A stretch of 64,000 nt of DNA from the human T2T-CHM13v2.0 reference genome, Homo sapiens: the NCBI RefSeq assembly GCF_009914755.1, contig NC_060940.1; one strand, given 5' to 3'. The number at the start of each line of letters is the position of its first letter. Position 1 is the stretch's first letter. Position numbers and translations under genes: made by a program. Below the pieces are notes generated by a model, which did no database searches, was not told the origin of the DNA, and worked only from the letters and a program-made list of their open reading frames with translations. Positions 44,053-60,136 of the stretch are shown piece after piece.

Positions 44053-47000
44053 AAATCCATTCGATAATTCAATTCAAGTCCATTCGATGATGATTAAAAT
44101 CGAATCCATTCAAAGATTCCATTCAGTTCCATTCGATGATTCCCTTAGATTCCATTCGATGATTCCACTTGATTTCATTTACGATGATTCCATTCGATTC
44201 CATGTGATGATTCCATTCAATTCTATTCAATGCTGTTTCCATTTCTTTCCATTCGACCATGATTGCCTTTGATTCCATTCAATGACTCCATTCGGTTCCT
44301 TTTGATGATGATTTCGTTCGATTCCATTTCATTATTCCATTTGATTCCATTGGATGAGTCCATTCGATTACATTCGATGATTATTCCTTTCGAGTGCATT
44401 AGATGATTCCATTCGAGTCCATTCGATGATTCCATTCGATTCCATTCGATGTTGATTCTGTTCAAATCCATTCGATGATTCCACTCGATTCCATTCGATG
44501 ACTCCAGTTGATCCCATTCGATGATTTCCTTTGATTCCCTTTGATGATCATTCCATTTGATTCAATTCGGTGATTTCATTTGATTCCATTCAGTGATGTT
44601 TCCATTCGACTCCATTCGATGATGATTCCATTCGACTCCATTCGATTATGATTTCATTCAATTCCATTCGATAATGATTCCCTTCGAGTCCATTCGATGA
44701 TTCCATTCGATTCCATTCAACGATGATTTGATTCGTGTCCATTCGATGATTCCATTTGATTCCACTTGATGATGATTCCATTCGAGTCCATTTGATGATT
44801 CCATTCAATTCCATTCTCCGATGATTTCTTTTGAGCCCACTCAATGCTTCCACTCGATTCCATATGATGATGACTCCATTCGATTAAATTCGATGATGAT
44901 TCCATTCGCTTGCATTCGATGATGATTCCACTTGAGTCCATTAGAAGATTCTATTCAATTACATTCCATGACGATTCCGTTCGAGTCCATTTGATGATTC
45001 CATTAGACTCCATTCGACGATGATTCCATTCGATGTTATTCGATGATTCCATTCGATCTCATTCGATGATGATTCCATTCAACTCCATTCGATGTTTCCA
45101 TTCGAGTTCATTCTATTATTCCATTAGATTCCATTCGATGATGATTCCATTCGATTCCATTTGATGATTGCATTCTATTTCATTTGATGATGATTCCATT
45201 CGAGTCCACTCGATGATTCCATTCGAGTCCATTTAATGAATCCATTGGTTTCAATTCTATGATGATTACATTGGATTCCATTCGTTGATGATTTCATTCG
45301 GTTCCATTCAATGATGATTCCATTCAATTCCTTTCAATGTTTCCATTCAATTCCATACGATGATGATTCCATTTGATTTGATTCGACAGGGAGCCATTCG
45401 ATTCAATTCCATGATGATTCTATTTGATTCCATTGGTTGACATTTCCATTCGATTCCATTCGATGATGATTCCCTTTGATTCCATTCAAAGATGATTCCA
45501 TTCTAGCCCATTCAATCATTCCATTCGATTCTATTCAATGATGATTCCATTCATGTCGATTTGGTGATTCCATTTGACTTCATTTGATGATGATTCCTTT
45601 CAAGTTCATTAGATGATTCCATTCGATTCCATTTGATGATGATCCCATTCGAGTCCATTCAGTGATTCCACTCGTTTCCATTCCATGATGATTCCATTCC
45701 ATTCCATTCAATGATTCCATTCGATTCCGTTTGATGATGATTTCATTCGAGTCCATTTGATGATTCCATTTGATTCCATTCGATGATGATTCCATTCGAG
45801 TCCATTCGATGATTCTATTCGAATCCATTTGATGATTTCTTTTGATTATAGTTGGTGATGATTCCATTGGAGTCCATTCAATGATTCCATTTGATTCCAG
45901 TCTCTGATGATTACATTCGAGTCCATACGATGATTCCACTCAATTCCATATGATGATGATTCCATTCGATTCCATTCGGTGATTCCATTCTATTCTATTC
46001 AATGGTGATTCCATTCGAGTACATTAGATGATTCCATTCGATTCCATTCAATGATGATTCTATTTGTGTCCCTTAGATGATTCCACATGATTCCATTAGA
46101 TGATGATACTATTTGAGCCCATCCAATGATACCCTTCGATATCATTCGATGAGGATTCCATTCGATTCAATTCATTGGTGATTCTATTCAATTCAATTCT
46201 TTGATTCCATTCCATTCCATTCGACAATGATTCCATTCGATTTCTTTCGATGATTCCACTCGATTCCACTTGACATTGATTCCCTTCGATTCCATTCAAT
46301 GATTCCATTTGATTCCAGTGGATGATGATTGCCATCGATTCCATTCGATCACTCCATTCTATTCCATTTGATGATGATTACATTCGATTCCATTTGACGA
46401 TTCCATCTGATTCTATTCGAGGATTCCATTTGATTCCATTCGATGATGATTCCATTCGAGTCCATTCGATGATTTCATTCGAGTACATCCAATGATTCCA
46501 TTCGAGTCCATTTGATGATTCCATTTGATTCCATTTGATAATGATTCTACTAGAGTCCATTCAATGACTCCATTCGAGTCCATTCAACAATTCCATTCGA
46601 CTCCATTTGATGATTCCATTGGATTCCATTTGATGATTCCATTCGAGTCCATTTAATCATTACAGTCGAGTCCATTTGGTGATTCCACCGGATTTCTTTT
46701 GATAATGATACCATTCAATTACATTTGATGATGATCCCATTCAATTTCATTTGATGATGATTCCATTAGAGTCCATTCGATGATTTCATTCGAGTCCCTT
46801 CATTGATTCCATCCGATTTCATTGGATGATGACTCCATTCGAGTCCATTCGATGATTCCACTCGATTCCATTAGATGATTCCATTGGAGTCCATTTCATT
46901 GTTCCATTCGATTCCATTCGATTCCTTTCGAAGATTATTCCATTTGAGTCCATTCGATGATGATTCCATTCCATTCCATTCGATGATTCCGTTTGATTCC

Positions 47001-50000
47001 ATTCGATGATTCCCTTCGATTCCTTTCTTTGATGATTCCATTCCATTCCATTCAATGATTCCATTCGAATCTATTCCATGATGATTCCTTTCGATTCCAT
47101 TCGCTGATGTTTCCGTTCAATTCCATTCGATGATGATTCCATTCGATTCCATTCATTGAGGATTCCATTTGATTCCATTTAATGATGATTCCGTTCTATT
47201 CCATTCAATGATTGCATTCAATTCCATTCAATGATTATCCCCTTAGAGTAAACTCAACGATTCCATTCAATACCATTCGATGATGATTCCTTTTGAGTCC
47301 ATTCAATGATTTCATTCAAGTCCATTTGATGATTCCTTTCAATTCCATTCTATGATGATTCCATTCGAGTCCATTCGATGATTCCATTCGATTGCATTCG
47401 ATTATTCCATTATATTCCAGTCAACGATGATTCCATTCGAGCCCATTCGATGATTCCATTAGAGTACATTTAATGATTGCTTTGTTTTCAATTCGAAGAT
47501 GATTACATTGGATTCCATTCTATGATACCATTCGATTCCATTCAATGATGATTCCACTCAAATCCATTGGATGATTCCATTCGTGTCCATTCGGTGATTT
47601 CATTAGATTCCATTCGAGGATGATTCCATTCGATTCCATTCGATGATTCCATTCAATTCCATTCGAGGATGATTCCATTCCAGTCCATATGATCATTCCA
47701 TTTGATTTCATTCGATGATGATTCCATTCGATTCCATTCGATGATTCCATTCTATTCCATTCGATGATGATTCCATTCGAGTCCATTCGATGATTCCATT
47801 CGAGTCCATTTAATGATTCCATTGGGTTCAATTCAATGATGATTACATTGGATTCCGTTCTATGATTCCATTCAATTCCGTTCATTGACAATTTGATTCC
47901 ATTCGATGATGATTCCATTTGAGTTCATTCGATGATTCTATTCGATTCTCTTCGATGGTGATTCAATTCTATTATATTGGATGATTCCATTCGATTCCAT
48001 TTGATGTTGATTCAATTCGATTCTATTCGATGATGATTCCATTGGATTTCACTTGATGATTCTATTCGATTCCATTCAATGATGATTCACTTCTCGTCCA
48101 TTGGATGATTCCATTTCATTCCATTCGATGATGATTCCATTCGATTCCATTCGATGATTCCATTTGATTCCATGCGACGGTGAGCAATTCGATTCAATTC
48201 CATGATGATTCTATTTGATTCAATTAGATGATGTTTCCATTCGAATCCATTCCATGATTATTCCATTGGAATCCATTAGGCGATGATTCCATATGAGTCA
48301 ATTCAATGATGATTCCATATGGGTCCGTTCGATGATAATTCCATTTGATTTCATTCGATGCTTCTATTCTATTCCAGTCGATGATGATTCCGTTGGAGTC
48401 CATACGATGATTCCATTTGATTTCATTTGATGATGATTCCATTCGATGATGATTACATTGGATTCCATTCTATGATTCCATTCAATTCCATTCGTTGATG
48501 ATTCGATTCCATTCAATGATGATTCCATTTGAGTTCATTCGATGATTCTATTCGATTCCGTTCGATGGTGATTCAATTCTCTTATATTGGATGATTCCAC
48601 TCGATTCCATTTGATGATTATTCCATTGGAGTCCACTTAGTGAATCCTTTAGATTCTACTCGAAGATGATTCCATTCGAGTCCATTCAATGATACCATTC
48701 AATTTCATTCGTTGATGCTTCCATTCAAGTGCATTCGATGATATCATTCGATTCCATTTGATGATAATTCCATTTGATTCCATGCGATGATTCTATTCGA
48801 TTCCATTCAATGATAATTCCATTCAATTCAGTGATTCCTCTGGACTCCATTTGATGATGATTCCATTCAATGATTCCATTCGATTCTATTCCAAAATGAT
48901 TCCATTGGAATCCATTTGATGATGATTCCATTAGATTCCATTTGATGATTCCATTCGATTCCATTTGACGATGATTCCATTCGATTCCATTTGATGATTC
49001 CATTCTATTATATTCGATGATGATTCCATTCGATTCCATTTGATGATGATTGGATTCGATTCCATTTGATGATTTCATTTGATTCCATTCGTTAATGATT
49101 TCGATCAACTCCATTCGATGATTCCATTTGATTCCATTCGATAATGATTACATCCGAGTCCATTCGATGATTCCATTTGAGCCCGTTCGATAATTCCATT
49201 TGAGTCCAATCAATGATTCCATTCATTTCCATTCAATGATTCCATTCGAGTCCATTTGATCATTCTGGTAGGGTCCGTTCGATGTTGATTCCATTGGAGT
49301 GCATTCGATGATTCCATTCGAGTCCATTTTATGATTTGATTCGAGTCCTTTCGATGATTCCATTAGATTCCACTCGATGCTGATTTCATTCGAGTCCATT
49401 CGACACTTCCAATCGATTACATTTGATGTTTCCATTCGAGTCCAATTGATGATTCCATTCAATTCCATTCGATGATGATTCCGTACGATTCCATTCTGTG
49501 ATGATTCCATGTGATTGCATTCAATGATGATTCCTTTCGACTGCATTCGATTATGATTCATTTCGTGTTCATTCTATGGTTCCACAGGTTTCCATTCGAT
49601 GACGTTTCCGTTCGTGTCCATTCCATTATTCCATTCTATTTCATTTGATGATGATTCCATTCGATTCCATTCATTGGTGATTCCACTCAATTCCATTCAA
49701 TGATTCCATTCCATTTCTTTCAACAATAATTCCATTACTTTCTATTCGATGATCCACTTGATTCCATTTGGCGATGATTCCATTCGTGTCCATTCGATGA
49801 TTCCATTTGATTCCATATGATGATGATTCCATTCGATTCCATACCATGATGATTCCATTCGAGTCCATTCAATGGTGATTCCATTCAATTCCATTCGATG
49901 ATTCCTTCCGATTCCATTCGATGATGATGGCATTCGATTCCTTTCAATCATTCCCTTTGATTCCATTCAAAGGTGATTTCATTCAAGTCCATTCGATAAT

Positions 50001-50131
50001 TGCATTCGATTCCATTCTATGATGATTCCATTCGAGTCCATTTGATGATTGCATTCAATTCAAGTCAATGATGATTCCATTTAATTCCACTCGATGATTC
50101 CATTGGATTCCATTCGATGATGATTCCATTC
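44053..50131 (+). repeat. Higher-order unit C4 (6079 bp; pre-A type tail)
   Basis: Anchors at 44053 and 50132. Length = 6112 -49 (deletion near 45895) +16. Confidence 0.9.
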
Positions 50132-53100
50132 AAATCCATTCGATAATTCAATTCAAGTCCATTCGATGATGATTCCAATCGAATCCATTCAAAGATTCCA
50201 TTCAATTCCATTCGATGATGATTCCCTTAGATTCCATTCGATGATTCCACTTGATTCCATTTACGATGATTCCATTCGATTCCATGTGATGAATCCATTC
50301 AATTCTCTTCAATGATGTTTCCATTTGATTCCATTGGACCATGATTGCCTTTGATTCCATTCAATGATTCCATTCGGTTCCATTTGATGATGATTCCGTT
50401 CGATTCCATTTCATTATTCCATTTGATTCCATTGGATGAGTCCATTCGATTACATTCGATGATTATTCCATTCGAGTGCATTAGATGATTGCATTCGAGT
50501 CCATTCGATGATTCCATTCGATTCCATTCGATGTTGATTCTGTTCAAATCCATTCGATGATTCCACTCGATTCCATTCGATGACTCCATTTGATCCCATT
50601 CGATGATTTCCTGTGATTCCCTTTGATGATCATTCTATTTGATTCAATTCGGTGATTTCATTTCATTCCATTCAGTGATGTTTCCATTCGACTGTATTCG
50701 ATGATGATTCCATTCGACTCCATTCGATTATGATTTCATTCAATTCCATTCAATAATGATTCCCTTCGAGTCCATTCGATGATTCCATTCGATTCCATTC
50801 ATCGATGATTTGATTCGTTTCCATTCGATGATTTCATTTGATTCCACTTGATGATGATTCCATTCGAGTCCATTTGATGATTCCATTCGAGTCTATTTAT
50901 GTATTATATTCGTGTCCACTTCATGATTCCATTCAATTCCATTTAATGTTGATTCCATTTGATTCCATTTGATGATTCAGTTCGATTCCTTGCAATGATT
51001 CCCTACGATTCCTTTCTATGATGATTCCATTCGATTCCATTCATTGATGATTTCATTCGACTCCATTCGATGATGATTCCTTTCGATTCCATTTGACGAT
51101 GTTTCCATTCGAGTCCATTCGATGATGATTCTATTCAATTCTGTTCTATTATGATTCCATTCGATTTCATTCAATGCTTCTATTTGATTCCATTCGATGA
51201 TGATTCCATCTCTTTCCCTTCGATGATTCCATTTGATTCCATTCAGTGATGATTCCATTTGATTCCATCTGATGATGATTTCACTTGATTCATTTCAATG
51301 ATGATTCCATTCAAGTCCATTCGATGATTCCATTGGAGTCCAAACGATCATTCCGTTCGATTCCATTCAATGGTGATTCCATTCATGTCCATTCGATGAA
51401 TCCATTCAATTCCATTCGATGATGACTCCATTCGAGTACATTCGATGATTCCATTTGATTCCATTTGAAGATGATTCCATTCAATTCCATTCGAAGATGA
51501 TTCCATTCAATTCCATTCGATGATGATTCCGTATGAATCCATTCTCTGATTATTCCATTCGATTCCATTCATTGACGATTCCATTCAATTCCATTCAATG
51601 ATGATTCTCTTCTATTCCATTCGATGATTCCGGTCGATTCCATTCGATGATGATTCCATTAGATTCCATTCGATTGTTGCATTCGATTCCCTTCGATGAT
51701 GATTCCTTTGAATTCCATTCGATTATCATTCCGTATGAATCCATTTGATGATTATTCCATTGGATTCCTTTCAATGATGATTCCATTCGATTCCATTTGA
51801 TGATGTTTCTCTTGTATTCCATTGGATAATTCCTTTCAGTTCCCTTCGATGATGATTCTTTCGAGTCAATTCGATGATTCTATTCCATTCCCTTCGATGA
51901 TGATTCCATTTCACTCCATTTGATGATTCCATTCGACTCAATTTGGTGATGATTCAATTCGATGACATTCGATGACTCCATTCAATTTCATTTGATGATG
52001 ATTACATTCGAGTCCATTTGATGATTGTATTCCTTTCCTTTTGATGATTATTCCATTCGTGTCTATTCAAAGGTTCCATTCTATTCCATTCAATGATGAT
52101 TGCATTTGATTCCATTCAATGATTATGGCTATCGATTCCACTCGTTGATTCCATTTGATTCCGTTCGATGATTATTCAGTTAGATTCCATTAGAAGATTC
52201 CATTCTATTTTATTCAATGATTCCAATGGATTCCATTCAATGATGATTCCATTCGACTCCATTCAGTGATTCCATTCGAGTCCATTTGATGATTCCATTC
52301 TTTTCCATTTGATGATGATTCCATTAGGGTCCATTCAATGATTCCATTCGAGTCCATTCGTTAATGCCTTTCGAGTCCTTTTGATCACTACATTCGAGTC
52401 CATTCAATGATTCTATTCGATTCCATTCCATGATGATTCCATTCGAGTTCATTCGATGATTGCATTCGAGTCCATTTGATGATTCCATATGATTCCCTTC
52501 GACAATGATTTCATTCGTGTCCATTTGATGATTCCATTCATTTCCTATCGATTCAAGTGTATTCGATGATTCCATTCAAATCCATTCGATGATGATTCCA
52601 TTCCAGTCCATTCGATCATTCCACTTGATTCCATTTGATGACTATTCCATTCAAATCCATTTGATGATTCCATTCGATTCCATTCGATGTTACCATTCCA
52701 GTATATACGATGATTCCACTCGATTCCATTTGATGATTATTCCATTGGAGTCCACTTAGTGAATCCTTTAGATTCTACTCGAAGATGATTCCATTCGAGT
52801 CCATTCGATGATACCATTCAATTCCATTCGTTGATGCTTCCATTCAAGTGCATTCAATGATATCATTCGATTCCATTTGATGATAATTCCATTTGATTGC
52901 ATGCGATGATTCTATTCGATTCCATTCAATGATAATTCCATTCAATTCAGTGATTCCTCTGGACTCCATTTGATGATGATTCCATTCAATGATTCCATTC
53001 GATTCTATTCGAAAATGATTCCATTTGAATCCATTTGATGATGATTCCATTGGATTCCATTTGATGATTCCATTCGATTCCATTCGATGATGATTCCATT

Positions 53101-54247
53101 CGATTCCTTTTGATGATTCCATTCTATTGTATTCGATGATGATTCCATTCGATTCCATTCGATGATGATTGGATTTGATTCCATTTGATGATTTCATTTG
53201 ATTCCATTCGATAATGATTTCGATCAATTCCATTCGATGATTCCATTCGATTCCATTCGATAATGATTACATCCGAGTCCATTCGATGATTCCATTTGAG
53301 CCCGTTCGATAATTCCATTTGAGTCCAATCAATGATTCCATTCATTTCCATTCAATGATTCCATTCGAGTCCATTTGATCATTCCGGTAAGGTCCGTTCG
53401 ATGTTGATTCCATTGGAGTGCATTCGATGATTCCATTCGAGTCCATTTTATGATTTGATTCGAGTCCTTTCGATGATTCCATTCGATTCCACTCGATGAT
53501 TTCATTCGAGTCCATTCGACACTTCCAATCGATTCCATTTGATGTTTCCATTCGATTCCAATTGATGATTCCATTCAATTCCATTCGATGATGATTCCGT
53601 ACGATTCCATTCTGTGATGATTCCATGTGATTGCATTCAATGATGATTCCTTTCGATTGCATTCGATTATGATTCATTTCGTGTTCATTCTATGGTTCCA
53701 CAGGTTTCCATTCGATGATGTTTCCATTCGTGTCCATTCCATGATTCCATTCTATTCCATTTGAAGATGATTCCATTCGATTCCGTTCATTGGTGATTCC
53801 ACTCGATTCCACTCAATGATTCCATTCCATTTCTTTCAACAATGATTCCATTAGTTTCTATTCGATGATCCACTTGATTCCATTTGACGATGATTCCATT
53901 CGTGTCCATTCGATGATTCCATTTGATTCCATATGATGATGATTCCATTCGATTCCATACGATGATGATTCCATTCGAGTCCATTCAATGGTGATTCCAT
54001 TCAATTCCATTCGATGATTCCTTTCGATTCCATTCCATGATGATGGCATTCAATTCCTTTCGATCATTCCCTTTGATTCCATTCAAAGGTGATTTCATTC
54101 AAGTCCATTCGATAATTGCATTCGATTCCATTCTATGATGATTCCATTCGAGTCCATTTGATGATTCCATTCAATTCAAGTCAATGATGATTCCATTCGA
54201 TTCCACTCGATGATTCCATTGGATTCCATTCGATGATGATTCCATTC
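50132..54247 (+). repeat. Higher-order unit A3 (4116 bp; Y at 50894-52708)
   Basis: Anchors at 50132 and 54248. Length = 4104 +23 (50871-50893) -11 (near 52550). Confidence 0.92.
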
Positions 54248-57200
54248 AAATCCATTCGATAATTCAATTCAAGTCCATTCGATGATGATTCCAATCGAAT
54301 CCATTCAAAGATTCCACTCAATTCCATTCGATGATGATTCCCTTAGATTCCATTCGATGATTCCACTTGATTCCATTTACGATGATTCCATTCGATTCCA
54401 TGTGATGATTCCATTCAATTCTATTCAATGATGTTTCCACTTGATTCCATTCGAACATGATTGCCTTTGATACCATTCAATGATTCCATACGGTTCCATT
54501 TGATGATGATTCCATTCGAGTGCATTAGATGATTCCATTCGAGTCCATTCGATGATTCCATTCGATTCCATTCGATGTTGATTCTGTTCAAATCCATTCG
54601 ATGATTCCACTCGATTCCATTCGATGAATCCATTTGATCCCATTCGATGATTTCCTTTGATTCCCTTTGATGATCATTCCATTTGATTTAATTCGGTGAT
54701 TTTATTTGATTCCATTCAGTGATGTTTCCATTCAACTCCTTTCGATGATGATTCCATTCGACTCCATTCGATTATGATTTCATGCAATTCCATTCGATAA
54801 TGATTCCCTTCAAGTCCATTCGATGATTCCATTCGATTCCATTCAACGATGATTTGATTCGTGTCCATTCGATGATTCCATTTGATTCCATTTGATGATG
54901 ATTCCATTCGAGTCCCTTTGATGATTCCATTCAATTCCATTCTCCGATGATTTCTTTTGAGCCCATTCAATGCTTCCACTCGATTCCATATGATGATGAC
55001 TCCATTTGATGAAATTCCATGATGATTCCATTCGCTTGCATTCGATGATGATTCCACTTGAGTCCGTTAGAAGATTCTATTCAATTACATTCCATGACGA
55101 TTCTGTTCGAGTCCATTTGATGATTCCATTAGACTCCATTCGACGATGATTCCATTCGATGTTATTCGATGATGATTCCATTCAACTCCATTCGATGTTT
55201 CCATTCGAGTTCATTCTATTATTCCATTAGATTCCATTCGATGATGATTCCATTCGATTCCATTTGATGATTGCATTCTATTTCATTTGATGATGATTCC
55301 ATTCGAGTCCATTCGATGATTCCATTAGAGTCCATTTAATGAATCCATTGGTTTCAATTCTATGATGATTACATTGGATTCCATTCGTTGATGATTTCAT
55401 TCGATTCCATTCAATGATGATTCCATTCAATTCCATTCAATGATTCCACTGAATTCCATACGATGATGATTCCATTTGATTTGATTCGACAGTGAGCCAT
55501 TCGATTCAATTCCATGATGATTCTATTTGATTCAATTGGTTGACATTTCCATTCGATTCCATTCGATGATGATTCCATTTGATTCCATTCAAAGATGATT
55601 CCATTCTAGCCCATTCAATCATTCCATTCGATTCTATTCAATGATGATTCCATTCATGTCGATTTGGTGATTCCATTTGACTTCATTTGATGATGATTCC
55701 TTTCAAGTTCATTAGATGATTCCATTCGATTCCATTTGATGATGATCCCATTCGAGTCTATTCAGTGATTCCACTCGTTTCCATTCCATGATGATTCCAT
55801 TCCATTCCATTCAATGATTCCATTCGATTCCGTTTGATGATGATTTCATTCGAGTCCATTTGATGATTCCATTTGATTCCATTTGATGATGATTACATTC
55901 GAGTCCATACGATGATTCCACTCAATTCCATATGATGATGATTCCATTCGATTCCATTCGATGATTCCAGTCTATTCTATTCAATGGTGATTCCATTCGA
56001 GTACATTAGATGATTCCATTCGATTCCATTCAATGATGATTCTATTTGTGTCCCTTAGATGGTTCCACATGATTCCATTTCATGATGATACTATTTGAGC
56101 CCATCCAATGATTCCCTTCGATTCCATTCGATGAGGATTCCATTCGATTCAATTCATTGGTGATTCTATTCAATTCAATTCTTTGATTCCATTCCATTCC
56201 ATTCGACTATGATTCCATTCGATTTCCTTCGATGATTCCACTCCATTCCACTTGACATTGATTCCATTCGATTCCATTCAATGATTCCGTTTCATTCCAG
56301 TGGATGATGATTGCCATCGATTCCATTCGATCACTCCATTCTATTCCATTTGATGATGATTACATTCGATTCCATTTGATGATTCCATCTGATTCTATTC
56401 GAGGATTCCATTTGATTCCATTCGATGATGATTCCATTCGAGTGCATTTGATGATTTCATTCGAGTACATCCAATGATTCCATTCGAGTCCATTTGATGA
56501 TTCCATTTGATTCCATTTGATTATGATTCTACTAGAGTCCATTCAATGACTCCCTTCGAATCCATTCAACAATTCCATTCGAGGCCATTCGATGATTCCA
56601 TTTCATGATTCCATTCGAGTCCATTTAATCATTACAGTCGAGTCCATTTGGTGATTCCACTGGATTTCTTTTGATAATGATACCATTCAATTACATTTGA
56701 TGATGATCCCATTCAATTTCATTTGATGGTGATTCCATTAGAGTCCATTCGATGATTTCATTCGAGTCCCTTCATTGATTCCATCCGATTTCATTGGATG
56801 ATGACTCCATTCGAGTCCATTCGATGATTCCACTCGATTCCATTAGATGATTCCATTGGAGTCCATTTGATTGTTCCATTCGATTCCATTCGATTCCTTT
56901 CGAAGATTATTCCATTTGAGTCCATTCGATGATGATTCCATTCCATTCCATTCGATGATTCCGTTTGATTCCATTCGATGATTCCCTTCGATTCCTTTCT
57001 TTGATGATTCCATTCCATTCCATTCAATGATTCCATTCGAATCTATTCCATGATGATTCCTTTCGATTCCATTCGCTGATGTTTCCGTTCAATTCCATTC
57101 GATGATGATTCCATTCGATTCCATTTATTGAGGATTCCATTTGATTCCATTCAATGATGATTCCATTCTATTCCATTCAATGATTGCATTCAATTCCATT

Positions 57201-60136
57201 CAATGATTATCCCCTTAGAGTAAACTCAACGATTCCATTCAATACCATTCGATGATGATTCCTTTTGAGTCCATTCAATGATTTCATTCAAGTCCATTTG
57301 ACGATTCCTTTCAATTCCCTTCTATGATGATTCACTTCTCGTCCATTGGATGATTCCATTTCATTCCATTCGATGATGATTCCATTCGATTCCATTCGAT
57401 GATTCCATTCGATTGCATTCGATGATTCCATTATATTCCAGTCAACGATGATTCCATTCGAGTCCATTCGATGATTCCTTTAGAGTACATTTAATGATTG
57501 CTTTGTTTTCAATTCGAAGATGATTACATTGGATTCCATTCTATGATACCATTCGATTCCATTCAATGATGATTCCACTCAAATCCATTGGATGATTCCA
57601 TTCGTGTCCATTCGGTGATTTCATTAGATTCCATTCGAGGATGATTCCATTCGATTCCATTCGATGATTCCATTCAATTCCATTCGAGGATGATTCCATT
57701 CCAGTCCATATGATCATTCCATTTGATTTCATTCGATGATGATTCCATTCGATTCCATTCGATGATTCCATTCTATTCCATTCGATGATGATTCCATTCG
57801 AGTCCATTCGATGATTCCATTCGAGTCCATTTAATGATTCCATTGGGTTCAATTCAATGATGATTACATTGGATTCCGTTCTATGATTCCATTCAATTCC
57901 GTTCATTGACAATTTGATTCCATTCGATGATGATTCCATTTGAGTTCATTCGATGATTCTATTCGATTCTCTTCGATGGTGATTCAATTCTATTATATTG
58001 GATGATTCCATTCGATTCCATTTGATGTTGATTCAATTCGATTCTATTCGATGATGATTCCATTGGATTTCACTTGATGATTCTATTCGATTCCATTCAA
58101 TGATGATTCACTTCTCGTCCATTGGATGATTCCATTTCATTCCATTCGATGATGATTCCATTCGATTCCATTCGATGATTCCATTTGATTCCATGCGTCG
58201 GTGAGCAATTCGATTCAATTCCATGATGATTCTATTTGATTCAATTAGATGATGTTTCCATTCGAATCCATTCCATGATTATTCCATTGGAATCCATTCG
58301 GCGATGATTCCATATGAGTCAATTCAATGATGATTCCATATGGGTCCGTTCGATGATAATTCCATTTGATTTCATTCGGTGCTTCTATTCAATTCCAGTC
58401 GATGATGATTCCGTTGGAGTCCATACGATGATTCCATTTGATTTCATTTGATGATGATTCCATTCGATGATGATTACATTGGATTCCATTCTATGATTCC
58501 ATTCAATTCCATTCGTTGATGATTCGATTCCATTAAATGATGATTCCATTTGAGTTCATTCGATGATTCTATTCGATTCCGTTCGATGGTGATTCAATTC
58601 TCTTATATTGGATGAATCCACTCGATTCCATTTGATGATTATTCCATTGGAGTCCACTTAGTGAATCCTTCAGATTCTACTCGAAGATGATTCCATTCAA
58701 GTCCATTCGATGATACCATTCAATTCCATTCGTTGATGCTTCCATTCAAGTGCATTCGATGATATCATTCGATTCCATTTGATGATAATTCCATTTGATT
58801 CCATGCGATGATTCTATTCGATTCCATTCAATGATAATTCCATTCAGTTCAGTGATTCCTCTGGACTCCATTTGATGATGATTCCATTCAATGATTCCAT
58901 TCGATTCTATTCGAAAATGATTCCATTTGAATCCATTTGATGATGATTCCATTAGATTCCATTTGATGATTCCATTCGATTCCATGCGACGATGATTCCA
59001 TTCGATTCCATGTGATGATTCCATTCTATTCTATTCGATGATGATTCCATTCGATTCCATTCGATGATGATTGGATTCGATTCCATTTGATGATTTCATT
59101 TGATTCCATTCGTTAATGATTTCGATCAACTCCATTCGATGATTCCATTCGATTCCATTCGATAATGATTACATCCGTGTCCATTCAGTGATTCCATTTG
59201 AGCCCGTTCAATAATTCCATTTGAGTCCAACCAATGATTCCATTCATTTCCATTCAATGATTCCATTCGAGTCCATTTGATCATTCCGGTAGGGTCCATT
59301 CGATGTTGATTCCATTGGAGTGCATTCGATGATTCCATTCGAGTCTATTTTAGGATTTGATTCGAGTCCTTTCGATGATTCCATTCGATTCCACTCGATG
59401 ATGATTTCATTCGAGTCCATTCGACACTTCCAATCGATTCCATTTGATGTTTCCATTCGAGTCCAATTGATGATTCCATTCAATTCCATTCGATGATGAT
59501 TCCGTACGATTACATTCTGTGATGATTCCATGTGATTGCATTCAATGATGATTCCTTTAGATTGCATTCGATTGTGATTCATTTCGTCTTCATTCTATGG
59601 TTCCACAGGTTTCCATTCATGTCCATTCCATTATTCCATTCTATTCCATTTGATGATGATTCCATTCGATTCCATTCATTGGTGATTCCACTCAATTCCA
59701 TTCAATGATTCCATTCCATTTCTTTCAACAATGATTCCATTAGTTTCTAATCGATGATCCACTTGATTCCATTTGACGACGATTCCATTCTTGTCCATTC
59801 GATGATTCCATTTGATTCCATATGATGATGATTCCATTCGATTCCATACGATGATGATTCCATTCGAGTCCATTCAATGGTGATTCCATTCAATTCCATT
59901 CGATGATTCCTTTCGATTCCATTCGATGATGATGGCATTCGATTCCTTTCAATCATTCCCTTTGATTCCATTCAAAGGTGATTTCATTCAAGTCCATTCG
60001 ATAATTGCATTCGATTCCATTCTATGATGATTCCATTCGAGTCCATTTGATGATTCCATTCAATTCAAGTCAATGATGATTCCATTCGATTCCATTCGAT
60101 GATTCCATTGGATTCCATTCGATGATGATTCCATTC
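54248..60136 (+). repeat. Higher-order unit B4 (5889 bp)
   Basis: Anchors at 54248 and 60137. Length = 5840 +49 (templated insertion at ~57324-57409). Confidence 0.91.
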
